In this document: in pieces, positions 31,506 through 40,607 of the stretch
Position numbering within the stretch: position 1 is the stretch's first letter
Layout of the letters: every line of letters begins with the position of its first letter
From: Candidatus Omnitrophota bacterium
GTDB taxonomy: Bacteria; Omnitrophota; Gorgyraeia; Gygaellales; Profunditerraquicolaceae
Direction of reading: 5' to 3'
Length of the DNA stretch: 64,000 nt
NCBI GenBank assembly: GCA_041651115.1
Contig: JBAZJY010000003.1
Span: 270,252-334,251 of the forward strand
Made by a program: the position numbers and the translations under genes
The notes under the pieces: generated by a model
What the model was told of the DNA's origin: nothing
The model's input: the letters and a program-made list of their open reading frames with translations, nothing else
The model's database searches: none

Positions 31506-31594
31506 GCGGAAGAGGATTTTTAAGCCACCGTTATTTACTTTCAGTGGCGAAATCCCGCCTTTAATGGCGGGAGAACCTCCCGATTCCCTTCCGC
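31506..31594. other. 89-bp palindromic structured element between tRNA-Gly and tRNA-Leu (7-bp terminal stem GCGGAAG/CTTCCGC enclosing three hairpins); not a canonical tRNA
   Basis: Perfect terminal complementarity and internal stems GCCAC/GTGGC and CCCGCC/GGCGGG; no T-loop. Confidence 0.4.
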
Positions 31595-31610
31595 ACAATG
31601 TTAATAGTAG

Positions 31611-31692
31611 TGCGGACGGAGGGAGTTGAACCCCCAAGGGTCACCCCATCGGCTCCTAAGGCCGACGCGTATGCCAATTCCGCCACGTCCGC
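31611..31692 (-). tRNA. tRNA-Leu (anticodon TAG), long variable arm, CCA not encoded
   Basis: GCGGACG acceptor; anticodon loop CUUAGGA with G37; variable arm GGGGUGACCCUU; T-loop UUCAACU. Confidence 0.85.
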
Positions 31693-31708
31693 ATAGCGGA
31701 TAAAATAG

Positions 31709-31781
31709 TGAGCCTCCCGCGATTCGAACGCGGCACGGCCATCTTAAAAGGATGGTGCTCTACCAAATGAGCTAGAGGCCC
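31709..31781 (-). tRNA. tRNA-Lys (anticodon TTT), CCA not encoded
   Basis: GGGCCUC acceptor; anticodon loop CUUUUAA; T-loop UUCGAAU. Confidence 0.85.
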
Positions 31782-31914
31782 TAGTCTTTATTGTAAGCCA
31801 CTAGCGAAATCCCCCCTTGGATGGGGGATGAGCTAGAGGCCCTATACTATGATCCCGACAGCTAAGCAGCTCGCAGATTCTGTTAGAATCTGCTCGCAGC
31901 TGCGGGATTAATTC

Positions 31915-31956
31915 GGCCTTACAACTTACGTTCACTCCGTTCCGTAAGTTGTGGCC
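31915..31956 (-). terminator. Stable hairpin (10-bp perfect stem) 5 nt downstream of frr stop, followed by a second dyad at 31868..31912; no clear U-tract
   Basis: ggcc ttacaacttacg ttcactccgttc cgtaagttgt ggcc. Confidence 0.35.
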
Positions 31957-31960
31957 TTAT

Positions 31961-32521
31961 TTAAAATTCGTTTAGTTCTTTTTCTTTATTCTTAAGTATC
32001 TCGTCAACTCTGGCGATATATTTATCTACGAGCTTCTGTAATTCATCTATGCCTGTAAATTTATCGTCTTCGGAAATGACCTTGTCCTTTTCCAGCTTTT
32101 CTAACGCTTCTTTTGCGTCGCGCCTGACCGTACGCAGGGAAACCCGGCCGTCTTCGGACATCTTATGCACTACCTTGATCAGTTCCTGCCGCCTTTCTTT
32201 AGATAGCTGCGGCACGGAAAGCCTGATCACCTTGCCGTCATTAGAAGGCATAACGCCTAAGTTTGATTTCATGATCGCTTTTTCGATCTCTACTATAGCG
32301 GTGGCGTCCCAAGGCTGAATCATCAGCATGTGAGCATCAGGCACGGAAATAGAACCCAACTGCTTAACCATGGTCGGAGTGCCGTAATAATCCACATGCA
32401 GGCCCTCTACCATTGAGGGGCTTGCCCTGCCTGTCCTGACTTCGGCAAAATTACGCGTCACCGTCTCGATCGTTTTTTTCATCTTATCTTCGGCGCCATG
32501 TAAAACCTCTTTTGCAGTCAT
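31961..32521 (-). CDS. frr: Ribosome recycling factor
   Basis: 186 aa RRF family. Confidence 0.95.
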   Translation of the reverse strand: MTAKEVLHGAEDKMKKTIETVTRNFAEVRTGRASPSMVEGLHVDYYGTPTMVKQLGSISVPDAHMLMIQPWDATAIVEIEKAIMKSNLGVMPSNDGKVIRLSVPQLSKERRQELIKVVHKMSEDGRVSLRTVRRDAKEALEKLEKDKVISEDDKFTGIDELQKLVDKYIARVDEILKNKEKELNEF

Positions 32522-32536
32522 TGCATCCCTCGCTTT

Positions 32537-33265
32537 CTAGCTTACAACCGTTCCGATCTTTTCGCCTAACACAACGCGCTTGATATTGCCCTCTTTATTA
32601 AGGTTAAAAACAATGATCGGCAGCTTATTGTCCATGCACAGGCTCACCGCAGTCGCATCCATGACTTTCAGGCCTTTTTTAAGCACATCAAGATATTTTA
32701 AGCGGCTGAATTTCTTTGCCGTTTTAACCTTCATCGGGTCTGCCGAATACACGCCGTCTACCTTGGTAGCTTTCAATATCGCGTCGGCATCAATCTCCAT
32801 TGCCCGCAACGCTGCCGCGGTATCGGTGGTAAAATAGGGGTTGCCTGTGCCGGCGACAAAAATAACAATGCGGCCTTTTTCCAGGTGGCGGACCGCCCTC
32901 CTGCGGATATAAGGCTCGGCAATCCTCTGCATCTCTATGGCGGTCATTACGCGCGTAGGCATTTTCATTTCTTCAAGCGCGTTCTGCAGCGCCAAACCGT
33001 TGATCACCGTAGCAAGCATGCCCATATAATCGGCTACTGACCGGTCCATATCCAGGCCCTGGGAGTTGACGTTCTCCTGGCCGCGGAAAATATTACCTGC
33101 GCCGAGTACGATAGCTACGTCCACGTTTAAATCTTTTATTTCCTTGACCTGGCGGGAAATGGAGATCAATACGGCGTTATCAATGCCGTGGTCTTTCCTG
33201 CCCTGCAGGGCTTCACCGCTTAACTTCAAAACTATTCTTTTATAGGCTGGCCTATTGCTTACCAT
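32537..33265 (-). CDS. pyrH: Uridylate kinase
   Basis: [12 protein letters not shown] amino-acid-kinase fold. Confidence 0.95.
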   Translation of the reverse strand: MVSNRPAYKRIVLKLSGEALQGRKDHGIDNAVLISISRQVKEIKDLNVDVAIVLGAGNIFRGQENVNSQGLDMDRSVADYMGMLATVINGLALQNALEEMKMPTRVMTAIEMQRIAEPYIRRRAVRHLEKGRIVIFVAGTGNPYFTTDTAAALRAMEIDADAILKATKVDGVYSADPMKVKTAKKFSRLKYLDVLKKGLKVMDATAVSLCMDNKLPIIVFNLNKEGNIKRVVLGEKIGTVVS

Positions 33266-33789
33266 TATTCGCCGATCTTATAACGCATGAACCGCTTTAT
33301 TACGATATTCTCACTGAATTTAGCCACTAAACTCCCCAGGCAATCTTTTATCGTGAGGCTGGGGTCTTTGACAAATGCCTGATCAAGCAGGCAATGATTT
33401 TTAAAAAATAACTCTTTATCTTTTTCGCCGTCCAGCGCTTCAGCGGGAACGTCTTCCCGGCTTATATAGGTAGGGCTTACCGCGACTATTTGCATTGCGA
33501 CGTCCCGGGTAAACTGGCAAAATTCGGCGTTACGGGCGACAAAATCAGTCTGGCAATCAACCTCAAGCAGCACGCCTACTTTGTTGCCGTGATGCACGTA
33601 TGCTTCAATCCTGCCTTCTTTTGCGCCTTGCCCCTGCTTTTTCGCTGCCAGTTCCAAGCCGCGCTTACGCAGCAATTTTACCGCCGACTGGATATCTCCT
33701 GCCGTCTCTTCAAGGGCCTTGCGGCATTCCGAGACGCTGGCAGAAGTCATATTCCTTAATTCTTTGATCAAATCCAATGATATCTTCAT
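33265..33789 (-). CDS. tsf: Elongation factor Ts (short form)
   Basis: N-terminal UBA-like [22 protein letters not shown]; 174 aa. Confidence 0.85.
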   Translation of the reverse strand: MKISLDLIKELRNMTSASVSECRKALEETAGDIQSAVKLLRKRGLELAAKKQGQGAKEGRIEAYVHHGNKVGVLLEVDCQTDFVARNAEFCQFTRDVAMQIVAVSPTYISREDVPAEALDGEKDKELFFKNHCLLDQAFVKDPSLTIKDCLGSLVAKFSENIVIKRFMRYKIGE

Positions 33790-33793
33790 CCTG

Positions 33794-34690
33794 TTACGCC
33801 TTTCTTTTCAGCTTGTTCTTTGCTTCCGGGTTCGGCTTTATATGGCTTTTCTTCAATTTCGCGTCTTCCGTATCCGGCGCTGCAGTTTCTACAATCTCTT
33901 CAATTTCTTTTATCTTGATTTCTTCTTCCGGAAGGAGAACCGATTCTTCTTCTGATTTCTGCGGTTCTTGCTTAACCGCCACCCCTGCCTCCGAAAGATA
34001 ACTCAAGAATTTCTTTCTCCCCTCGATCACCGTATCGGCGATCAGCGTAGTGACCGCGCGGATGGATTTGGTAGCGTCGTCGTTTCCAGGGACCGGGTAA
34101 TCTATCACATCAGGGTCGGAATTGGTATCTATAAGGCCGATTATCGGTATACCCAGCCTCTTTGCCTCCCTGACCGCAGTTTCTTCTTTCTTCGTATCAA
34201 CGATAAATATCGCCTTAGGCATGCGTTCCATCTGAGATATGCCGGCGAAATTCTTTTTCAGCTTTGAGAGCTCTTTTTCCAGGCGCGCGATCTCTTTTTT
34301 AGTGATCTTCTCATAAGTCCCGTCTTCCTTCATCTTTTCGATTTCCTTGAGCCGGTTAATGCTCTTTTTTACGGTCGAAAAGTTGGTAAGGAGACCGCCT
34401 GGCCAGCGCTCGGTCACGTAAAACATCCCCGCGCGGATCGCTTCCTGCTGCACAACTTCCTGCGCCTGTTTTTTTGTACCTACAAACAGGACAGCCTCGC
34501 CCTTAGCGGCGAGGTTCAATATGAAGTCGCGCGCCTTATTAAGGCATTCTTCCACCTTTTCCAGGTCGATAATATAGATCCCGCTTCTTTCCCCAAAAAT
34601 GAACTTTTTCATCTTCGGGTTCCAGCGCGAAGTCTTGTGGCCAAAATGAACGCCTGCTTCCAATAACTGTTTGATTAATTCTGATGGCAC
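33794..34690 (-). CDS. rpsB: 30S ribosomal protein S2 with K/E-rich C-terminal extension
   Basis: [19 protein letters not shown] signature; GTG start with G-rich SD. Confidence 0.95.
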   Translation of the reverse strand: MPSELIKQLLEAGVHFGHKTSRWNPKMKKFIFGERSGIYIIDLEKVEECLNKARDFILNLAAKGEAVLFVGTKKQAQEVVQQEAIRAGMFYVTERWPGGLLTNFSTVKKSINRLKEIEKMKEDGTYEKITKKEIARLEKELSKLKKNFAGISQMERMPKAIFIVDTKKEETAVREAKRLGIPIIGLIDTNSDPDVIDYPVPGNDDATKSIRAVTTLIADTVIEGRKKFLSYLSEAGVAVKQEPQKSEEESVLLPEEEIKIKEIEEIVETAAPDTEDAKLKKSHIKPNPEAKNKLKRKA

Positions 34691-34774
34691 GGTAATTCCC
34701 CCTTTTTTACTGATAGTTTATTGAATTTCGCGTTATAACCGTTTATTTGTTACCCGTTAAAGGATAATTCTACA

Positions 34775-34802
34775 AATATAGCATATTTTCCTTTAAATGC
34801 AA
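34775..34802 (-). promoter_or_regulatory. Sigma70-type promoter for the rpsB-tsf-pyrH-frr operon (TTGCAT-16-TGcTATATT, extended -10)
   Basis: Minus-strand -35 at 34802..34797 and -10 at 34780..34775 with a TG at -15/-14, about 85 nt upstream of the rpsB start. Confidence 0.55.
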
Positions 34803-36221
34803 CTATTTTTTAGGCTTTTGCTCTTCTATGAGGTTATTACGGGCTTTAGCGTAATCCGGCCTAAGCTCAATAGCCCTTTGAAAACAAAGAATTGCCTTAT
34901 CGCGGCTGCCAAGCCTGCTGTACGCTGTCCCAAGATTGTTAAAGGTAACTGCGGACCGCGGGTTTACCTTTATGGCCTTTTCCAGCTCCTCAACCGCTTT
35001 CTCCAGCCTGCCCTCGTTTAAGTAGATATAACCCATATTATCGTGGGCATTCCAACTGTCCGGAGAAACGATAAGCACGCTTTCCCACACCGTGCGCATA
35101 TCCTTCCAGTCGCGGTTCCTTATTATGGTGCGGCCGGAAAAAAAGATAATCACAACAAGCATCGCGGCCAGAAACCAACGTCTAAGAACAGGGTGTCCTC
35201 CGCTGAACCTTTCATACAGAACGGCAACAGCCATGCTCAAGGCGATTGATGGGAAATAAAGGTAACGCTCCGCAACCAGCGAAGATACCGGCAGCGGGCT
35301 GTAAGTCGGCAACAGGAACATGATAAAAATGCACAGGCCGAAAAAAAGCCTTTTTGAATGCTTAAAGGTTAAAACCAGCGAAATAATTACCGGGAGCACA
35401 TATAATATGCTGCGCCAGTCAAACATGCTCGCCGGGATGAGATACGGCTCATGAAAAAGGCTTAGATTTACCGGCCAAAGCAAAAGCCAAAAATGCGCAT
35501 ACAAAGAATAAACAAAATACGTAAGGGGGTTTTGCGCCGTAAAAAACCCCATATCCGCAGACATACTGGAAACGCGGCCGGAGATCAACACCGGCAATAG
35601 AAGCAGCTTGACAAAAACGACTATAAAAAAGGGGGCCAGCCATTTCAGGTTCTCTCTCAATTTCCCGGAGCAAACATCCGATAAAAACAGGAAAAACGGA
35701 AAGACAAGGTAAAAAGGTATGTGCTCTATGGTAAAATAAAAAAATAATATAAAAGAAGCTGAATAATAGCGGATCCTCAGCCTTTCTTCAATACCTGCGC
35801 CGGTGGCTTTGCGGTATAAAAGATACGGGCCGAGAGTAAAGATCGCAAATATCGTATAAGCCTTACCGGATATCCATGTTACCGCTTCGCTGTTCACCGG
35901 ATGGACGGCAAATAAGCAGGCAGCGAGGAATGCCGCTTGAGGCGTAAAAAACAGCCTCAAGAACAAAAACGCAAGGATAGTAGCAGCGGCATGCAGCGCA
36001 ATGTTCGCGAGATGATAAGCAAAAGGGCTATAGCCGCCTATGAGATAAATAAGGCAATTCAGGAAACGGACCGGATCCTGCCAATAGTGGAACGGCCGGG
36101 AAATGTTGGGAATATCGCGCATGCCTATGTCGTCAATAACAAAGGCATTAGAAAGAGAGTTGGCGTATACAAGCAGGCAGATGCCTGCCAAGATCAAATA
36201 TATCTTTTTATTGCCGATCAT
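34803..36221 (-). CDS. Polytopic membrane protein with C-terminal TPR repeats (GT39/PMT- or O-antigen-polymerase-like architecture)
   Basis: About 11 TM helices followed by TPR motifs (NNLGTAYSRLGSRDKAILCFQRAIEL). Confidence 0.55.
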   Translation of the reverse strand: MIGNKKIYLILAGICLLVYANSLSNAFVIDDIGMRDIPNISRPFHYWQDPVRFLNCLIYLIGGYSPFAYHLANIALHAAATILAFLFLRLFFTPQAAFLAACLFAVHPVNSEAVTWISGKAYTIFAIFTLGPYLLYRKATGAGIEERLRIRYYSASFILFFYFTIEHIPFYLVFPFFLFLSDVCSGKLRENLKWLAPFFIVVFVKLLLLPVLISGRVSSMSADMGFFTAQNPLTYFVYSLYAHFWLLLWPVNLSLFHEPYLIPASMFDWRSILYVLPVIISLVLTFKHSKRLFFGLCIFIMFLLPTYSPLPVSSLVAERYLYFPSIALSMAVAVLYERFSGGHPVLRRWFLAAMLVVIIFFSGRTIIRNRDWKDMRTVWESVLIVSPDSWNAHDNMGYIYLNEGRLEKAVEELEKAIKVNPRSAVTFNNLGTAYSRLGSRDKAILCFQRAIELRPDYAKARNNLIEEQKPKK

Positions 36222-36245
36222 TATAGGCTTGTTTATAGGATGGCG

Positions 36246-38033
36246 TTACTGTAATTCCTGCATTTGATAGAGCCGCTTATAAAGGCCGGATTTATCAAGC
36301 AGCCCGCTATGGCTGCCTTGCTCAACGATCTTGCCTTCGGAAAGAACAACTATCGTGCTTGCGTTCCTGACCGTTGAAAGCCGGTGAGCGATCACGAATA
36401 CCGTGCGGCCCTGCATCAGGCTGTCCAGCGCCTCCTGCACCAGCCGCTCTGAATGGGAATCAAGCTGCGAGGTTGCCTCGTCTAAAATTAAAATTGCCGG
36501 GTTTTTCAGCAGCGCCCGGGCAATGGCAATGCGTTGCCGCTCTCCTCCGGATAATTTCATACCCCGGTCTCCGATCACCGTGTCATAACCTTGAGGCAGG
36601 TGCTTGATAAAATCATGCGCATGCGCCTGTTTTGCCGCGCGCTCTATATTCTCGAGAGAAGCCTCAAGATGCCCGTAGGCGATATTCGCCCTGATCGTAT
36701 CGTTGAAAAGTATGGTATCCTGCGTAACTATCCCGATCGCCTGCCTGAGCGACTTAAGCGTAAAATCCTTGATATCCACCCCATCAATCAGTATCCGCCC
36801 CTTTTTGGGGTCATAGAAGCGCGGGATGAGATCCAATAGGGTAGTCTTTCCGGCTCCGCTTGGGCCGACAATTGCCAGGACTTGGCCCTTAGACACGGTT
36901 AAATTTACCCCTTTTAAAACCTCGTGGCTGCCGTAGCTTGTCCAGATATCCTGAAAATCTATTTTTTCTTTGAATCCGCTTAATTCCAGGGCATTGTTTT
37001 TCTCCGCTACGGTAACCGGCTCATCCAGTACCTCAAAGATCCGCTGTCCCGCAGCCACTGCCTGCTGGTTGATCGAATGCACCTGGCTTAATTTCTTAAA
37101 CGGCCTGATAAGAGAAAAAAATGACGCCATAAAAAATCCGACTACTCCGAAAGAAACACGGCCGGCCATTACCTCTTTGCCGGCGATCACGGCAACCGTC
37201 ACTCCGGCAACCGAACCCAATATTTCCGTCATCGGGCTAAGCATTGACATCCGCTTGATCGACCGCATGGAGATCTTATAATAACTGTTGTTGACTTCGT
37301 TGAACTTTCTGATCTCATACTCTTCCATGTTAAACGCCTTAACGATCCTTGTTCCAAGGATCGTCCCGTAAAGCAAAGAGTTCAAATCAGCCATTTTTTC
37401 CTGACCCTGGCGGGACAGTTTTTTTAAGACTCTGCCGACTTTATAGATAATGAATCCCATCACCGGCATGATCAGGAATACGGCGATCGCCAGCTTCGCG
37501 TAAATAAAGAATACCATGAAGGTAAAAATAACTACCTGGGAACCTTCGTAAACAAGGTCAGTCAAGCCGTAACAAACGGCATTCTCAATGAGTTTTGAGT
37601 CGTTGGTAATGCGGGAAATCAGTTCGCCGCCGCGCTTACGCGTAAAGTATTCCAGGGAAAGCAGCTGGAATTTTGCAAAGAGCTTATTGCGTATATCCCT
37701 GACGATGCGCTGGCCGATATCCGAGACAAAATAGCTTTGCAGGAAATTAAATATCCCTTTTAAGAAAAAAAGCACAATAATGCCGATAACGATATAACCC
37801 AGCAGGGTCTGCGGATCAGTATTGTTTATTCTATCGACAAGGCCTGCCACGGGAGCGGGCATCTTGGCAGGCAGGACAATTTGTTTATTGGTGAATATTT
37901 TGTCTACTAAAGGCAGGATCATTGCCAGCGATACTCCGCTGAACAAGGCAGAGAAAAACATAAATACCATAGACAAGGCAAATAATGCCTTGTATGGCTT
38001 AACGAATTTCAGTAATCTTATGTAATCACGCAT
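36246..38033 (-). CDS. msbA: ABC transporter, fused permease/ATPase (MsbA-like lipid exporter)
   Basis: 6 TM helices + NBD with GPSGAGKTT, LSGGERQRIAIARAL and ILDEATS. Confidence 0.8.
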   Translation of the reverse strand: MRDYIRLLKFVKPYKALFALSMVFMFFSALFSGVSLAMILPLVDKIFTNKQIVLPAKMPAPVAGLVDRINNTDPQTLLGYIVIGIIVLFFLKGIFNFLQSYFVSDIGQRIVRDIRNKLFAKFQLLSLEYFTRKRGGELISRITNDSKLIENAVCYGLTDLVYEGSQVVIFTFMVFFIYAKLAIAVFLIMPVMGFIIYKVGRVLKKLSRQGQEKMADLNSLLYGTILGTRIVKAFNMEEYEIRKFNEVNNSYYKISMRSIKRMSMLSPMTEILGSVAGVTVAVIAGKEVMAGRVSFGVVGFFMASFFSLIRPFKKLSQVHSINQQAVAAGQRIFEVLDEPVTVAEKNNALELSGFKEKIDFQDIWTSYGSHEVLKGVNLTVSKGQVLAIVGPSGAGKTTLLDLIPRFYDPKKGRILIDGVDIKDFTLKSLRQAIGIVTQDTILFNDTIRANIAYGHLEASLENIERAAKQAHAHDFIKHLPQGYDTVIGDRGMKLSGGERQRIAIARALLKNPAILILDEATSQLDSHSERLVQEALDSLMQGRTVFVIAHRLSTVRNASTIVVLSEGKIVEQGSHSGLLDKSGLYKRLYQMQELQ

Positions 38034-38057
38034 CTTGCAGCTCTCCTAAACCGATGT

Positions 38058-38109
38058 ATCTTATCACAATAAAATACTAGTTGCAAGCAAATAGCGGCTT
38101 TGCTATGAT
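38058..38109. promoter_or_regulatory. Back-to-back divergent sigma70-like promoters sharing the palindromic -35 hexamer TTGCAA (38081..38086): plus strand TTGCAA-17-TATGAT, minus strand TTGCAA-17-TAAGAT
   Basis: Spacing exactly 17 nt on both strands; the plus-strand -10 ends 7 nt before the ATG at 38117 (leaderless candidate). Confidence 0.5.
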
Positions 38110-38116
38110 GCTGGGT

Positions 38117-39040
38117 ATGGATAAACCGCGCATAGCAGTCATAGGGATAGGCCATTTAGGCAGCATCCATGCAAAGATATTAAGCGGCATGGATAATTGC
38201 CGGCTGGTCGGCGTATGCGATGTGGATAAGGCCCGCCTGAGCGAAGTTTCCAAACAGCTTGGAGTAGAAGGATTTGCTGATTACGTGGATTTATACGATA
38301 AGATCGATGCGGCAATTATTGCCGTGCCCACAAAGCTGCACCATAAAACAGCACTTGGATTCCTGGAACATAAAATAAATACATTTGTCGAAAAGCCGTT
38401 TACCTCTACGTTGGAACAAGCCGATTCCCTGATCCGGGCGGCAGAAGTAAATAAGCTAATACTGCAGGTCGGCCATATTGAAAGGTTCAATTCCGCGTTC
38501 AGCGCTACGCAAAAGCTGATCAAAGAACCCAAATTCATCGAATGCCACCGCTTAAGCCCCTTTCCAAACCGCTCGCTGGATGTAGGCGCGGTATTGGACA
38601 TTATGATCCACGACATTGACATCGTGCTCGGCCTTGTCCGGTCTAAGATCAAAAAGGTCGAATCCGTAGGCATCAACGTACTCACCCCCTTTGAAGACAT
38701 CGCGAATACCAGGATATCTTTTGAGAACGGCTGCGTAGCAAACCTTACTGCAAGCCGGATATCCGACGAAACAATGCGCAAGATCAGGATCTTCCAGGAA
38801 AATACCTATATCTCCCTTGACTATAAAGAAGCAAGGGCAAGTATATACAGGAAAAACGGCCCGGTGATCACCAAAGAAGACCTGCCCATTGAAAATGAAC
38901 AACCCCTGCAAAAGGAAATTGCTTCCTTTATTGACTGCGTAACCAGCCGCAAGGAGCCTCTGGTCTCAGGGCCGGTTGCCCGCGAGGCGCTGGCAGTAGC
39001 GCTGGAAATCCAAAAACAGATATGGCAGCAAAACAAATAA
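38117..39040 (+). CDS. Gfo/Idh/MocA-family NAD(P)-dependent oxidoreductase (possible UDP-GlcNAc 3-dehydrogenase GnnA-like, given the lipid A context)
   Basis: Rossmann N-terminus RIAVIGIGHLGSIHAK; start taken at ATG 38117 (the 38081 TTG lies inside the promoter); overlaps lpxB start by 19 nt. Confidence 0.7.
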   Translation: MDKPRIAVIGIGHLGSIHAKILSGMDNCRLVGVCDVDKARLSEVSKQLGVEGFADYVDLYDKIDAAIIAVPTKLHHKTALGFLEHKINTFVEKPFTSTLEQADSLIRAAEVNKLILQVGHIERFNSAFSATQKLIKEPKFIECHRLSPFPNRSLDVGAVLDIMIHDIDIVLGLVRSKIKKVESVGINVLTPFEDIANTRISFENGCVANLTASRISDETMRKIRIFQENTYISLDYKEARASIYRKNGPVITKEDLPIENEQPLQKEIASFIDCVTSRKEPLVSGPVAREALAVALEIQKQIWQQNK

Positions 39041-40158
39041 TCATCGTTTGCGGAGAGGCATCCGGAGACTTAAATGCCGCCGGCCTTGCTAAGGCGATAA
39101 AAGAAACTTCCCCGGAAACAAGAATCCTGGCTGTAGGCGGCAGGCAATTGGCTGCTGCGGGCGCCGAAATATTCTACGATATAAAAGGCCTTTCGGTAAT
39201 GGGGCTCTTTGATGTCTTCAAAAAACTTCCCCTTTTCTTTTCGCTAAAAAAACTTATCCTAAAAAAGGTCCGCGAAGAAAAACCGGATGCGCTGATCCTG
39301 GTGGATTTTTCGGGGTTTAATTTACGCCTGGCCAAGGCGATAAATAAATCCCTGCCGGTAATTTACTATGTCAGCCCGCAAGTATGGGCATCAAGGCCGG
39401 GCCGCGTCAGGACGATCAAAAAATATATCCATAAGATGGTTGTCCTGTTTAGTTTTGAAGAGGAATTTTACCGCAAGCACGGCGTGGAAGTTGAGTTTGC
39501 CGGGCATCCGCTGCTGGATATTGTGCGGCCGTCAATGGAAAAAAACGCGTTCCTTGCAAATCTTAGCCTTTCCGCGGCAAAAACGACGATCGCCCTTTTG
39601 CCCGGATCGCGGGAAGCGGAAATAAAGAACGTCCTTCCGGCCATGCTTAAGAGCGCTGAGATCATTGCCGGAAAAATTAAAGATGCGCAATTCATCATTG
39701 CTAAATCAGCGCAGGTAGAATTAGATACCTACGAAATTATAACGATGGATTTTAAGCCCGACCTGCGGATCATTGAAGACAAAACCTATGATTGCCTCAA
39801 CGCCGCGGATTTCTGCCTGGTTTGTTCCGGCACGGCAACGCTGGAAACAGCAATCATGCAAAAACCTTTGGCAGTGGTTTATAAAATGAACCTGCTAAAT
39901 TATTTGCTTTACCGGCCGCAGGTTAAAGTCCCTTATATCGGCATGGTCAATATCGTTGCCGGTAAAATGATCGCCCCGGAATTCATCCAATTCAGGGCAA
40001 AGCCGGCTGCGATCGCCTCTGCCGCATTAAAGGTCTTGAGCGACCCGGCACAGGCCGACAAAATGAAAAAAGACCTCGGTCAAATTAAGGCCTCTCTCGG
40101 CTCTGCCGGCGCCAGCTCCCGCGCCGCCAAAATCATCCTCAATTTCCTTAATAAATAA
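39022..40158 (+). CDS. lpxB: Lipid-A-disaccharide synthase
   Basis: MAAKQIIIVCGEASGDLNAAGLAKAIKE; 378 aa GT19. Confidence 0.9.
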   Translation: MAAKQIIIVCGEASGDLNAAGLAKAIKETSPETRILAVGGRQLAAAGAEIFYDIKGLSVMGLFDVFKKLPLFFSLKKLILKKVREEKPDALILVDFSGFNLRLAKAINKSLPVIYYVSPQVWASRPGRVRTIKKYIHKMVVLFSFEEEFYRKHGVEVEFAGHPLLDIVRPSMEKNAFLANLSLSAAKTTIALLPGSREAEIKNVLPAMLKSAEIIAGKIKDAQFIIAKSAQVELDTYEIITMDFKPDLRIIEDKTYDCLNAADFCLVCSGTATLETAIMQKPLAVVYKMNLLNYLLYRPQVKVPYIGMVNIVAGKMIAPEFIQFRAKPAAIASAALKVLSDPAQADKMKKDLGQIKASLGSAGASSRAAKIILNFLNK

Positions 40159-40373
40159 TCGCCATTAAGATTTTCCGTCTGCCTTGTCTTGCTTTTCGCA
40201 GGGACGCTCGCCCCGCCCAGCGTGCGGGGCTTCGCTCGGGAGTCGGCTTTCGCTCTCCCCGCCGTTGTTGGAGACAAACGGCGAGGATCCATGCCCGCTC
40301 AAGCCTCCTCACGCCCTGCTCAAAGCAAGCCAAGTCAGCCGCAAAATTATAACAATCTTCATTTATAACTGAA

Positions 40374-40598
40374 CCTGCCGGCTCTTTGAGCGAAGTTTGG
40401 GCCGATTTAGCCAATGAAGCTTAAGTGAGCGAGGGAATCCGAACGTGAAAAGGTTCGGACGGCGAGGATGTTTGAGCCCGTCCTGGCGCGTAAGCGCCGA
40501 CGGGCGAGTTCCGCAGCCGCCGAGCTCACGAAAGATTCATTGGCGGTCCTGCGTAAGACGAAGGAAAAGCGGCACACTGAGCGAAAAGAGCCGGCAGG
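40374..40598 (+). ncRNA. Candidate structured small RNA (about 225 nt) closed by a 14-bp perfect stem; 6S-like rod architecture, identity unknown
   Basis: cctgccggctcttt (40374..40387) pairs perfectly with aaagagccggcagg (40585..40598); internal helices ccaatgaa/ttcattgg, gtgagc/gctcac, gcccgtc/gacgggc, ggcgc/gcgcc; local GC far above the genome average; AT-rich TATAAC -10-like box ends 7 nt upstream; strand uncertain. Confidence 0.45.
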
Positions 40599-40607
40599 TT
40601 TAGTTAG

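Noticed and set aside
31506-31594. Fourth tRNA (Leu-TAA-like) or tRNA-Sec between tRNA-Gly and tRNA-Leu
   Set aside because: It has an acceptor-like 7-bp stem and an anticodon-like loop, but no T-arm and no D-arm geometry, so it cannot fold into a cloverleaf.
40159-40607. Possibility that the GC-rich gap encodes RNase P RNA, tmRNA or SRP RNA
   Set aside because: I could not find the conserved RNase P P4 strands (GGAAAGUCCGG / ACAGAA), a tmRNA tRNA-like 3' end with tag ORF, or the SRP domain IV motif. It is kept only as an unclassified structured RNA candidate.
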